From the human T2T-CHM13v2.0 reference genome, Homo sapiens, in NCBI RefSeq assembly GCF_009914755.1, contig NC_060935.1: DNA of 64,000 nt; one strand, written 5' to 3'. Shown here piece after piece: positions 47,406 through 60,245 of the stretch. The notes beneath the pieces are model-generated. The model did no database searches and had not been told where the DNA came from. It was given only the letters and a program-made list of their open reading frames with translations. Each line of letters opens with the position of its first letter. The stretch's first letter is position 1. The position numbers and the translations under genes were made by a program.

Positions 47406-48909
47406 GGACTAGAGAGGCATTTTAGGCAGAGAGACAAGTAGTGCATGTGCAGTTAATGCACAGAGAGAGGACCCTGACTTGGAAAGCAGCTAGGGTGATC
47501 TTTTCGACATGCATATCTGAGCTTATAAACCCCTGCCTGAAAGACCTTCAGGGACTCCCCCTGCTGTGAGGAGAATGACAGAAATCCAGCTGCCCTCCAG
47601 ACTCTGCAGGGACACCATCTTTTGTCCCTCCCATTTGTCATGTTCTGCCTCACATGGGCCTTCCTCATGCTGTTCCTTCTGCCCTGACCTTGCATTCCAC
47701 CCCCTCTCCTGATGAGGCCTCCTCATCCTTCCTCCTCCATCTTCACATCCCCTCTTCAGGGAAGCCCTCCCTGATTAGGCTGAATTCCCTTCTTTATAGC
47801 TTTCTTGGCCCACCTACCTCTCCTTTGGAGCACTCACATCCATAGCAATTTCCCACTTATTGGTGTAATGATTTGGTTGCAGCCTTGCTCTTCCATCAGA
47901 CTCTACCAGGGTTGCTTTGAGTGTGCTGTTGGGTTTGCACTTGAGAGTTGCTCACCAAACACCTTCTGTTGAATCCTTAAGCATAGATAGAAGGCCCACT
48001 GTGTGCTGAGGGCTGGGGACAGGATGAGGGAACACCACTTCCCTGAGCTGCGGGCTGGTGGGTCCAGCTGGAAGGAGGTGTTAGGCATAGCTGGCAAAAT
48101 GACTGGCTTGTAGAGTACAGATGGTACGTTCCCCATCCTTACTGGTGTCCATGGCCCAGGGGGACTGTGTGCCAGGGATGTAGCATAGGATATTCCAGGA
48201 AAGCAAGAGGATGAGATTCAACATTGACTCGAGGTCCCTGCTCATCTGGATAGTATATGATTCAGTGAAGGGGCTGCAGAACAGGAGATCTGGGGAAGAT
48301 GAAGAGGAAGAAGAAGATGTTGATGATGGCAGCTAATGTTTTTTGAGGGCTTATTGTGTGCTATCTGTGGTTCTAAGCATGTCACATACCCTGCACTGAA
48401 AACAGCTCCACAAGGTAGATATTATTTCTGTTTCACAGATTGAGAGACTATGGCTACAAAAGATGAGGTAAGGGACCCAGGGTTAATGGTGTGGCCAGGA
48501 TTAGAACCCTGGCAGTCTGAGGCCATCTCCTTGGTATGTCTTCTTGGAGTGAGGGCAGAGAACCCCAAACCCATTTGGAAGCATCATGTGGTGTTATAAA
48601 GCTGTCATGGGAGAGCGGGCCTCCAGTGGGGTAACACCTACCTAACATCGGGGTTTGAGCATGGGGTTCTTGGCTCAGAGGTGACTGGTGGCCCTGGTGC
48701 CAGGGCTGGTCTAAAACTGCCTGGTGCATCTCTACCTCCTGCTGGAGGCTGAGACTCCTTGGAGGCCACAGAGCCCCATGTTCTCAGAGTGAGGCCTGGG
48801 AGGGGCTTCCCGACAGCTGACCCTGGAGCTGTGCTGGAAAAACAAGCCGTGCAGAAAGAAAAAAGAAAATTGTGCTGTTGTTTTCTAAAAAGCCTGTTTC
48901 CTATTGCAG

Positions 48910-48986
48910 ATTTGTATCTGTGTTGAAAAGGCCAATGTTCACTTAATGCAGCCACATTGCTGGTGGTGTCCCCAGACTGTGGCTCT
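48910..48986 (+). other. Candidate 77-nt internal (5'UTR) exon
   Basis: Branch-like TTCTAA at ~48883, acceptor TGTTTCCTATTGCAG|, donor |GTAAGT; non-repeat context. Confidence 0.45.
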
Positions 48987-49587
48987 GTAAGTGGGGAGGC
49001 CTGGACCCCCATCTGGGTACCATTCGGTCCTTCATTCATTGACCAGGTGGTCAGGACATGTATGCCATTGCTGTGCCAGGCACTGTGCTGGGCCTAGGGG
49101 GTACCACGTGCAAGTTAGTCCTTGCCCTTCCAGAGCTCACAGATCAGCCTGGGAGATAGGCAAATAACCAGGCAGTTGCAGCTTACAGCAGAAGGACGCA
49201 AAGGAGACAACCACTGACTATAAGTCAGGGAAAGCTTCGCTGAGGAGGAGGCCTTTAGGTTGGCCTTTGGAGAGTGAGTAGGATTTGGATAGCACAGGAG
49301 GGGAGAGGCTTCAGGCCCAGGGCATGGCTTGTCCAGAAGCATGGATGCATGTAAGGGACTGGGGAGGCTTGAGTAGTTCATTCGGGTAGAGAGTAAGTGT
49401 AAGGGGAGGAGATGGAGGTGGATGAGGCTGGAAAGAAAATAACAATAATAGTATGAGTAACACTAATCCTGGTCCTCGGCATTGGTTGCATCCTCTCCCT
49501 AGATCACTCTTACCCCAGTTATCTCCATGGCATGCCCCCTTGCCTCCCCCAGGACTTCTGCTCAAATACTACCTTCTCATGGGCACA

Positions 49588-49887
49588 TTTATTTATTTAT
49601 TTATTTGAGACAGGGTCTTACTCTGTCACCCAAGCTAGAATGCAGTTGCATGATCTCAGCTCATTGCAACCTCCGCCTCCTGGGTTCAAGTGATTCTCCT
49701 GCCTCAGCCCCCGAGTAGCTGGGACTACAGGCACATACCACCACACTTGGCTATTTTTTGTATTTTCAGTAGAGACTGGGGTCTCACCAGTTGGCCAGGC
49801 TGGTCTTGAACTCCCGACCTCAAGTGATCCACCTGCCTCAGTCTCCCAAAGTGTTGGGATTACAGGTATGAACTACCGGGCCTGGCC
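49588..49887 (-). mobile_element. AluS inserted in L2
   Basis: (TTTA)n tail, full dimer, imperfect TSD CATGGG(C/T)AC. Confidence 0.93.
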
Positions 49888-50139
49888 ATGGGTACTTTCT
49901 TGTTTAAAATTGCAACCCACCCCAACACCCTCTCTCTGCTTCCTGCTTTTTTCTTTTTAGTGCATAGCACTTATCCCATGCCCCATGTTTTACTTTTTTA
50001 TTTTGTTTTCTGTCTGCCTCCCATCATTTTAATGCAAGTTCCCAGAGAGCTGGGTTTTTTGTTACTTTTGTTCACTGCTGTATGAATAGTATATGCCATA
50101 TGGTAACTAGAGCCTCAAATACTTGTGGAATGAGTGAAT

Positions 50140-50350
50140 TAATTGAGCACTTACTGTGTTCAAAGTGCTTTATCTGCTTTGTCTTTTTAAATCTTCACAG
50201 CGATGCCCTGATCATGGTATTGTTATTTCCCCATTCTACAGTTTAGGAAACTGAGACTCAGAGAGGTAGCATCACTTGCCCACAGTTTCACAGTTGGTGA
50301 TGAAATTCAAACTCAGGGCACCTGATTCCTGAGCCCTCCGGCCTAACCCG
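50140..50350 (-). mobile_element. MIR
   Basis: GGAAACTGAGACTCAGAGAGG..CACTTGCCC. Confidence 0.75.
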
Positions 50351-51545
50351 GATACTTGGCCTTGACTAGGCTGTAACAGGTCCTGACTGCTGTGCTGAGG
50401 AGTTTACAATCTGTCTGTTGGGCCACAGGGAGCCTCAGAGGGTTTTATGAGGAGGAAGCTGACATGGTGATCAGATCCATGTTCCGAAAAACAGCAGTGG
50501 CTTGGGCATAAGGCTGGAGGCAGGGAGGCCAAATAAGAGGCTTTCGTAGTAATTGAGGTAGGAGAGGATGAAGGTGAGAGCTGAGAGTGACCATTCCCAG
50601 GGAAAAGTAGGGGAATTTGGCCCTCTACAGCGAAGGTCAGAGCAGATGGGTTGGGGCTTGGTTCTGGAGGCCAGTTGTTTCCCCGAGTGTGCCTGACTTC
50701 TGCTTCTGAGTAGCGAGGGGACCCGCAGATAAAATCCAGCAAAGTGCCTTAGGCTGGTCCCTTGGCAGGGAAAGGGAACTGAGAAGGAGCCAGGGAGCCA
50801 GCTGGTGGGGTCCACACTGTTCCCTGGAGAGGGCGTGGGCCCCAGGTTCAGTCCTGCTTCTGGCACCAGATAGCGGTGAGATCTGAGCAGGAGGCTGTCC
50901 CTCTTGGAGTTACCCATTTTCTCATCTGCAGAACGGGGGCAATGCCACTACTGGCCTCCAAGGGCTGCATGGACAGCTCCGGAGAAAGACGGAGCACCAG
51001 TGAATGGCTTAGGGCCAGTCTTGGGCCATCTCCTGGGTGTGAGGCCAGTGGACATGGGGGAGGCATGGGGGTCCTCTCATGCCTCTTGCTGGCGATGGGA
51101 CAGCAGTGCCTGAATACAAGACAATGAGCATATCTGCACTTAAAGGTGATCTGGCCACAGCCTCAGACACTCATGGTGCCCCACTGTCTTGTGTTCAAGG
51201 CCAAATATTTAACTGCGCCTCAGTTTCCTTTCTGTAAATGGACTCAGTAATATCAGTCCTGCCCTACATTCTGTGGAAGATTTTTTCCTCTGTGTTTGCA
51301 GGACTGAGTTTAAGGTGCTGTTATCTCTGGGGCAGTAAACACCTAGAAGGAACATGTATGGAGCACCAGGACACTGACAACAGCCCCGTGAGGTTACTCC
51401 CGCATCCACATATGGATGAGGAACCTTGGGGCTCAGAGAGGTTACATGACCAACTGAAGATCACACAGCTATCATCTCATTTTTCCAATCTTCTTAAGAA
51501 AACCACATTGATAAAGGAAGTCTTTGAGGTTGCCTATTTGTATTA

Positions 51546-51926
<381 letters not shown>

Positions 51927-54691
51927 TCAGACCTTCTCCCCATCCCAGGAACCTCACAGGTCAGAAGTTGCGGACACATTCAAACAGACCCGGAGCCTCC
52001 GCTGAAATGATACTGGGTACGGGAAGTGGAGTAGGGGTGGGGGCAGATAGCTGCTGCCCATCCTGCTCCCAAGCAGCAGCCTTAGATCAGGGGTTGGTGC
52101 TAGTGGTAGGGGGGTCCCTGCTTGCAAAGTGAGGCACCCCAGGCCTCTGGAGCCTTCAGTGCCTTCTAGAGCTTTCCCTTCCAGTCCTGTCTCCCCTACC
52201 TCATCCGATCCATAAGAGCAACCAGAACTCTCCTCCTCCCAACTGCACCTTCTCCCGATCCCTGATCACTAGCCCAGGCAGGTTGGCTCTTAAAACCCCC
52301 ATTTTATAGCTCAGAAAACTGAGGCTCAGAGAGGGGAAGTGACTTAGAGCTCATACAGTTTAGGAAGTAACCAAGCTAACATTCTAACCCCAAATCTAGC
52401 ACCCCTTCCTCTGCACCCCAGTCCTTCTGGAATCAGAGCAGAATGGGGACCCCAGAGAGTGTTGTTGTAGCCTCTGTACCCTGCTTCCCAAACAGAGAGA
52501 TTGTCCAGCTACTGCAGGGAGTGTGGCTGGAAGGAGCTTGGGGTAGAAAGGGGGGTAGTGGCCGGTGGGCGCCTTCCCCCAGGCTTGTGTCAGAGTTGAG
52601 GGCGAGAGTGGGCCCAGCAGGCAGGAGGATCACTTTGACTAGGGCACTGAGCTGGGCTGGTATGGACGTCACTGAGCAAGTAAATATGGAACCGCCCCCA
52701 CAATGTCAGCTTTCCCGGAGTGGCTTCTCCCACTATCTCTCACTTTCCCCAAGGGAAAGGGGTGAGGGCCAGGAAAGGATCTGGCTGCCCGATGCCAGGG
52801 GATGGAGATGGCCGGCTTGGGAGGCTCCACGATGGCCAAGGGGCATGGGGAGGAGCCCACCAGACCCTCAGCCCCAGAAGGAAGTGAGCTTCTCTTGGGA
52901 GCAGCCAACTGGGACCCAGCCAGGGCGGACTCAGCACCGTCATGGCCCAAGGTACAGAGAGGGCGGGCTCTGGGGGTTGCCGGGAGGTGGTTGGCTGGAG
53001 CTTGTCCCTGACCTCACAGCCCTTTACTGTTCCAACCCAAACAGAGTGTCATTTTCCCAGGGGCCAGGGGTGCCCCTCTTTAGGCCGGCTGTGTTCCAAG
53101 AGAAAGAAAGACCAGCCAGAGGGGGTTTGCATTTGGAGAGGGGGTGCAGGGGTGCCTCAAGGAGGGGTGGAGAGGGAGGAAGGAAAAGCCCCTTAGCCTG
53201 AGGGAGGCAGAGGGCAGGGAGGTGAAGTCCTCAAGGGAAATCAGCAAGCTTAGCAGCCAGGGAAACCGGCAGTCTCTCTTGACCCCAGAGAGGAGATATT
53301 GGGTCTCCAGAAGAGCAAGCAGAAAAGGAGGATCCAGGGCAGAGTGTCTGGCTGCCAGACCCTGGGCCTTTTATAAACATCAGCGACAGCCGAGCCCAAA
53401 TGAGTGTGGACGGGCATGTTCCATTCAACCCTCATAGCTGTCCCATGATGCTAGTGTTATTAGGTGCAGTTTACAGAGGTAACATTGAGGCCCAGAGAAG
53501 TGAGGTGACTCACCTAAGGTCACACAGCTATGAAAGGCTGAGCCAGGATATGAACCTAGGTCTGTCTGATTCCAGAGTCTGAGCTCTTTATCACAGCATG
53601 GGACTGGCTTGCTGGGACTGCAGTGGGAGATAAGGTCAGCCATCCATGCTGGGCAGGAGTTTGGATGGCTAACTTACAGATTCCAAGTTCCTTCCCCTGA
53701 GATGATGGGCAGTGTAAAGAAAGTACAGCATATGAGCCACTGTGGCTCAGGCAGGTCACCCTCTCTGTGCCTTTATGCGGCCACTTGAAGAATGGGGATG
53801 CCTAGCATAAGGACCGGCCATGTTACAGCATTTTCAAACCTTCCCATCCATTGTCTGGGTCAGCAGATGTTCATGGAGCGGCCCCTTGTGCTCTGGGGTC
53901 CAGACGTACACACCTGACTCTTGATGGGCCCTGCACCAGGTTCCTCTTGGAACACTGGGAGCACAGTGGCTCTGCCAGGCAATGGAGACCGTGGTCCGCA
54001 GACCTCTGCCCATCCTGAGCTGTGCTGGATGGGTGTATGGTGAGAGACATGCAGACTTTGAGAGAAAGCCTTGAGAAACTTGTTTGGCAACTTGACATTG
54101 CCACATCATTTTTAATTTTATTTCACAAAAATATCTGTTGGCATCAGATTGGAAAACTTAAAAAGTAAAGAAGTCACTTCACCTCAAATTTCTTGAGCAG
54201 CTCTTGCCTGGGTCTTGGGATTGAAGGTAGGATGCGCCTGGCTTGCTCATGGATATGGGGCAGAGGAGAGCAAGTCATTTCGCCCTGGAGGTGGAGAGGG
54301 AGGATCTGGTTAGGCCTCCCAGAGGAGGTGACGATGAGCTGGACCTTGAGGGAGGAGCGGGGGTTTGCCAGGCGGAGGGAGAGGGAAGGGCATTTTAGGC
54401 ACTGGGAACAGTATGTGCAAAGGCAGGAACAGGAGGACCCCATGGTTCAGGAATGGCAAGCGGTCATGGGTGTTTAGAGAAGCAGTGGAGTTGGCTGGGG
54501 AGAGGCAGGTGAGGGCCAGGCCGGGAGGGCCTTGAATGCTGTGTGAAGGAATTGAGACTTTGCCCTGGAGGCACGGGGGAGCTGTCGGTGGTTTGTAAGC
54601 AGGGGAGAGAAGTAGTTAGCTTTGCGCCACAGAAACTCTGTCCAGGTGGCAGTGGACTTGAGGTGGCCATGGCTGAGTAGGTGGCTTAGAG

Positions 54692-55055
54692 CAGTGGTCT
54701 CCAACCTTTGGGGCACAAGGGACCATTTCATGAAGGACAATTTTTCCATGGACGGGGTCGGGGAGGATGGTTTGGGGATGAAACTATTCCACTTCAGATC
54801 ATCAACTGTTCCACCTCGGATCATCAGGCATTCGTTCAATTCTCAAAGGAGCACACTCCCAGAGCCCTCGCATGCGCAGTTCACGGTAGGGTTCGCGTCC
54901 TATGATAATCTAGTGCTGCCTGTGATCTGACAGGAGGCAGAGCTCAGGCGTTAATGCTTGCTAGCTCGCCTGCCACTCGTCTCCTGCTCTGCAACCTGGT
55001 TCCTAACAGGTTATGGATCAGTACCCATCCGTGGTCCAGGGGTTGGGGACCTACG
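54692..55055 (+). mobile_element. MER1B-like hAT-Charlie DNA transposon
   Basis: TIRs CAGTGGTCTCCAACC / GGTTGGGGACCTACG; 8-bp TSD GCTTAGAG / CCTTAGAG. Confidence 0.88.
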
Positions 55056-57789
55056 CCTTAGAGGACCAAAGAGGCCATCCAGGTGTGTGCTTCCTTTCCA
55101 CCGCCAACCTCCCAGAAGGCTGTTCCTCGATTGTGTCTTGTGGAGTAGGTTGCTGATGCACAGGCCTCTCTTTGTCCCCTGAGTCGGTCCTGGCTGATGG
55201 GCAGGCAGCCCTCGGGTGTGAGCAGCATGGCCTTTCCAGGCTGGCCTGGTTGGTGGGGTCACACCTGGGGTCATGGGCTGGCCATGGCAGAACTCTCTTG
55301 TCCACACTGCCTGTCCTACTAGAGCTGCAGGAACGTGGACTGGTGGGCTGTCAAATGGGTGCTGGGTACAGTTTGGGGTACAGTCCAGAGCCGTGTTCAG
55401 GGAAAGCTGTCAGAAGGGAGGGCTGAAGTTTGAGCTGAGGTTGGGCCATTGCCCAGGCCCTGGGTACCTGGTCTCTGATGGCATGGGGTCTGTGCAGGAG
55501 GTGAGCAGTGGGCAGCAGGCTGAAGTGGCTTCCTGCATGGATCCTCTGATGGGCCAGGGCTGAGACCTGCCTCTGTGGCCTGAGGAGCAAACATCTGGTT
55601 GAGGTAGCGAGGGAAAAGTTAAAGTCATTCCCAACCCAGCCCAGTTCAAAGCAGACAGTGCAGTGTCAGGGAGTCACTGGTCTTCAACTCTGTCACAGCC
55701 TCCTGTCCCTAGAGTAACTGACCTGCCCTGTCCCAGGGCTGCTGGGAACAGACCAAGGTGTGCCTGGGCCTGCATGTGGCCACAAGCCCACGGAGGCCCT
55801 GCCTGGGAAGGAACTGTTGGAAGCGCCTCTCCTGCCTGCCCCACCTCCACCCTCCTCTGGGGCCCCAGTTCAGGGTGGCCCAGCCCCTGCCTCCCTCCCT
55901 GCAGCTCCCAGACAGGCTGGGCCCCAGCAGCAGGCCGGGCTGTCTGGCTGCTGTTCAACAGGGAGTCCAGCTGCCTGGGGTCCTACAGAACGGGGCTGGG
56001 CAGGCATTCTTCTCTGTCCAGGCTCTGGCTTCAGGGCCAGGAAGGCAGGAGTTGTTGAGGTGCCTTAGTTTTAACAGTGGTCTTGGTCATGTGTGGAGGC
56101 TCAGGATTAGAGTCCTCACCCTGTCTGCTGTACCCGACTTGGTTGGTCCCACACTGAACTCATGACTTGCCATAGAGCGAGGGCCTCCCTGACGGGAGCT
56201 GGGGAGCAGGCCCTGGGACAGCTGAGCCTAACTCAGGCTTCGTCTTTCTGCTCCACCCTTCCCCAAAGCTGATCCTTTCACTGTGCAGGCCTGCTGAGAC
56301 CTCCTTGCTTCTCGGTGCCCCCCCTTCTCTAAGGACAGACACCCTGAGCCTGTTGTGCATGGCTTCTGCCACTTCTCAGCAAGACCTCCTAATCAAATCC
56401 TCCAAGGTTGTCCGTGTCCGGGTCCAGGGGCACAGTCTGGCCCCTTTGCTCATCGCAGCCTGTCTTGGCTTCTCCCGGGGACTGTGCTCCGCCCTCCCTC
56501 TCCTTGAGCCCCCCCTTCCTAGTTTTGTGGCCTGCCCTGTCCCAGTTCCCTCAGCTACCGGTGAGGAAAGGACCCACTGGCCCAGCTCCCAGGGGTCTGC
56601 TCCCCGGGCTTCGGTTAGAAACCAGACTCCTCCCTGGCACCTGCCAGTGGCTCCCCTGCCCTCCCTGAGCACCCTGGCCCCAGGCCCAGGACAGTGGCCA
56701 AGAAAGTCTCCTCTGCCCTTTTAGACTCACTCTCATTTCTTCCTGGACCCTTCCATCCTGGAGAACCCTCCGCCTGCTGCCTCCTGGGCCCAGCAGTGGC
56801 CTCCTTCCTGGCTGCCCTGGGCTCCTGGCCTGGCAGCAGTCTGGCTGCTTCTGGAGCTCAATTGTTGCCACCCCCTTTTCTCAGAGCCCAGTGTCTGAGG
56901 CGTGGGTGGGCCTCACATGTTGTGGGAGTCCCTGTGGTTCACAAAGAGGCTAAGTGGGCCTGGTCTCATTTCATCTGTGCAGCAAGCTTGGGAGTAGCTA
57001 CTGTTCGCCCAGTTTGCGGATGAAGGAGTTGAGGCCCCAGAGGGTTCAGCAACTTTGTCAAGGTCTTGTGGGACATCAGGGACTTAGACCCACATGTCCT
57101 GACTCTCCTCGTGACCACATAGCTGTCTTGGAGGTAATGGCCTCCTTGGCCTCTGCTTGCTGTATTGTCAGGGTCTGGCCAGGGCTCACAGGCTCAGTCT
57201 ATGTTTGGGGTCGGGGCTTATGGGCCTGCCTGGGCCTTTGCCTGGGCTTAGTACTAGTCACCGTCAGTGGCAGTCAGCTCTGTGAGCATTTATAACTGCT
57301 TTCTTCTCCTCCTTCCTTCCTGAACTGTTGACACCAGTGTCAGATCCTCTTAGGGACACAGCCTTTATCCCTGAAGCATCCCTGAAGCTGGTCACAATTG
57401 GCCAGGGCTGGGGGCTGCAGAAACAGAATGGGCCAGGAGTCACTGGGGGAAGATGGCTGGGGCAAGGTAGACTCTGAAGAGTTGGCTTGTGCGCCTCTGA
57501 CTGCCCAACCCATTTCTTCTTGAGTCACATTGAAGATCCACAACTCCAGCCTCTCCCTTCTGCAGGGTCTGATGCTCTGTGCTTCCTTATAGCAACTCTT
57601 GATGCGAGTAGAGAGAGTAAAGGCTTTTGCTCTGACTTCCCTGCTGGGGCTTCCAAGGTTCAGAATGGGTGTTCACCCCTTTAGATACCTTGTGGTGTTT
57701 AAATTTCCTCTAATTCCCTCCACCCCAAGAGAGCTGTTGGCATGCCTCCAGGGGCTGGTAGCCCACTGGTTCCCAAGGCAGCTCATTGG

Positions 57790-58330
57790 ATCTTTTAATT
57801 TTTGTTTTACTACATTTCAATTATATAAGGAATATACAAATACATTTTTACTTTGAAAAAAAATCAAATATTAACAAATAAACTAAAGTCTTTCTTGATG
57901 ATCACAACATTCCAGATTTCTCTGGAGCGTTGACTGTCATGGTCATGACTCTAGTATATATCCTTCTAGATCTTTTTCTATATGTCAACACACATAATTT
58001 ATAGGAATACGTACCACTGCAGAGTGTGTGGGTGTGTGTGTATGTGTTTAAACAAATGGTTTCATGTAGTACAGATTATTCTGCAAATTGCTTTTCTCAC
58101 TTAACATTGTATCTGGGAAATCTAGCCACACAGTAGGTTTTAGAAAGGATCGTCATTTAACCATCCCCCCACCACTGACATTTGGGTAAATTCTGATTTT
58201 ATTCTAGTGCCTCCTTGCACATATCTAGAGCAGCTACTGCTGGGTCTGGGGAACCTTTTGCACTTTTTAAAGTTTATTGTACAATGTTTAAAATCTGTCT
58301 GTTGAGACTGCATAGAACCAAATGTTTCCC
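57790..58330 (-). mobile_element. Old L1ME fragment
   Basis: T-rich; TTCTGCAAATTGCTTTTCTCACTTAACA motif. Confidence 0.65.
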
Positions 58331-58524
58331 TGTGAGTCCTTCACTATTGCTGGTTCTCCATTTTAGAGCCAGAGAGAAAGTCAGCTCTCCTGGCCCCTGC
58401 TAGCCCTCAGAGAGTTGAAAACAGTGGCTGTGGCCCCTGGAGCCTTCTTTCCTTCACATACAGGGTTTTCTGCCCTCATTCAAAGGCATGGCTTTGTGTG
58501 ACGTCTCTCTTGGGCAGCTGTTGT

Positions 58525-58755
58525 AGGAAGTGAGCTCTGGAGTCATAATGCCGCAGTTCAAATCCTGGCTCAGCCCCTTACCAACTGGGTACTCTGGGAA
58601 TGCCACATAACCTCTCTGTGCCTTAGTTCTATCCTCTGTCCAATAGAGATAACAGCAGCACCTACATCCTGGCACTGCTGAGGACCGAGTGAGCTAACAC
58701 ATGTGAAGTGTTTACCATGTGCCATGCAGACACACAGTAAATGCCCAGTAATGTT
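58525..58755 (+). mobile_element. MIR
   Basis: GTTCAAATCCTGGCTC..CATAACCTCTCTGTGCCTTAGTT..GTGAAGTGTTTA. Confidence 0.8.
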
Positions 58756-60074
58756 ACTCTCCCAGGGTGTCTTCTCTGAATGAGCCCTGGATCCCACCTC
58801 CATGGGCTGGGGGCCTGTGCTCCCAGAGGGCAGTCTGCGTGGCTCCGGACTTGGTGACGGCTTTGTCCCGCTGTCCGCTAACATCCTGGTGGAGGCTGCT
58901 GCCTGGGAATGCAGCGGGCAATCGGATTTCATCCTGGCTTGGCCCCGAAGGGTCTGGACCAGAGCCTACGGGGAGGGAAGAAGGTCACCCTGACCCCTTG
59001 CTTGGCACAGGTGGCCAGGAGCCTCATACCGTAACCCCATCCTTCAGGCAGGTTTCCCGGCTGTCAATGAGGTTCGTTGTGGCTGCGGATTTGATCTCCC
59101 TTGGCCTGCAGGGTGGGCAGGAGAAGAAAGCAGTCTGGGGCCAGCCTTTCCCCTGAGAGTCCCGGGACGGCTCTGGGCCACACTGGCTGATCCAGGTCAG
59201 GGTTGGCCTCGCAGCCCCGGGGGCAAATTGGTGCAGCTGATGATTTATTTAGTGCTGGAAAGCATGGTCTGTTTGCTGTTTTCCTCACACCCCCCTTTCA
59301 GGCTCCAAACCACACTGATGCTGCTGCCTAAGCAGCTCCTTGCAGCCACGCTGGAAAAACAGGCAGCCTGGCCAAGGTCATTTCACAGATGCAGACACTG
59401 AGGCTCCAGGAGGTCATGCGACTCTCCCAAAGCCACATAGGTCACCACCGGCAGGGCTGGGAATGGTAGCCAGGCCATCTGGTTCCCTGTCCGGTTCTTT
59501 TTCATGAGGCGACCTAATGTGACAGTCTTGGCAAAAGGTTCCTGGCCACACAGCTTGGCCTCCTGCCCTCTGGGCAGTGGCGTGTGTGTTCATTGAGCAC
59601 AGAGGTTTGGGATTATTTCCTAAGAGGCGAGAAGCACCATGGGTTGCCCTGGGCCCTGCCCTTCCCCAGCACCAGCCCTGGACCCTCTGGGTACCTAGAG
59701 GGGGCAGGCAGCAGAGGGTGGCTGCTTCAGCTGAGGCCTGTCTACCCGTCTGGGGTGAGGTATCGCTCTCTACACCTGTCCTGTGGTGTGGGCAGGGGTT
59801 GCAGCAGCCCTGGGGGCTCCAGTGCTTCTCCCAGGGAGGCAGGTGAGCAGCCATCATTGGACCCATTTTTAGGCTGGAGAAAGTAAGGCTCAGAGAGGCC
59901 CAAAGGGCCTCTCTGAGCTAGTGGATGCAGAAGGAAACCTCAAACCCACCTTCTAATTCTAGATGTAGGCCCTCACAGAGCCTGCTGCTGGGTCACACCA
60001 AAGAAACTGACCTGGTCTAGTTTTAAGAACATAGTGTCAGAGGGACACAGGCTTTGGGTTCTGGCTCAGCAATA

Positions 60075-60245
60075 ACCACTCATATTTACTGAGCACTTAT
60101 GTGGCAGGCACTATCTGTGACATTTCACTTAATCTTCAGGGTAGCATCATGAGGTAGATACAGCCGAGGAAACTGAGGCACAGGGAAGTTAAGTGGCTTC
60201 CCAAGATCATATTGGAGGAAGCTGAGATTTGAATCATGGCAGTAT
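60075..60245 (-). mobile_element. MIR
   Basis: GAGGAAACTGAGGCACAGGGAAGTTAAGTGGCTT. Confidence 0.8.

Noticed and set aside
52443-53201. 252-aa ORF
   Set aside because: No recognisable family; Gly/Pro/Trp-rich composition typical of chance ORFs in GC-rich intron.
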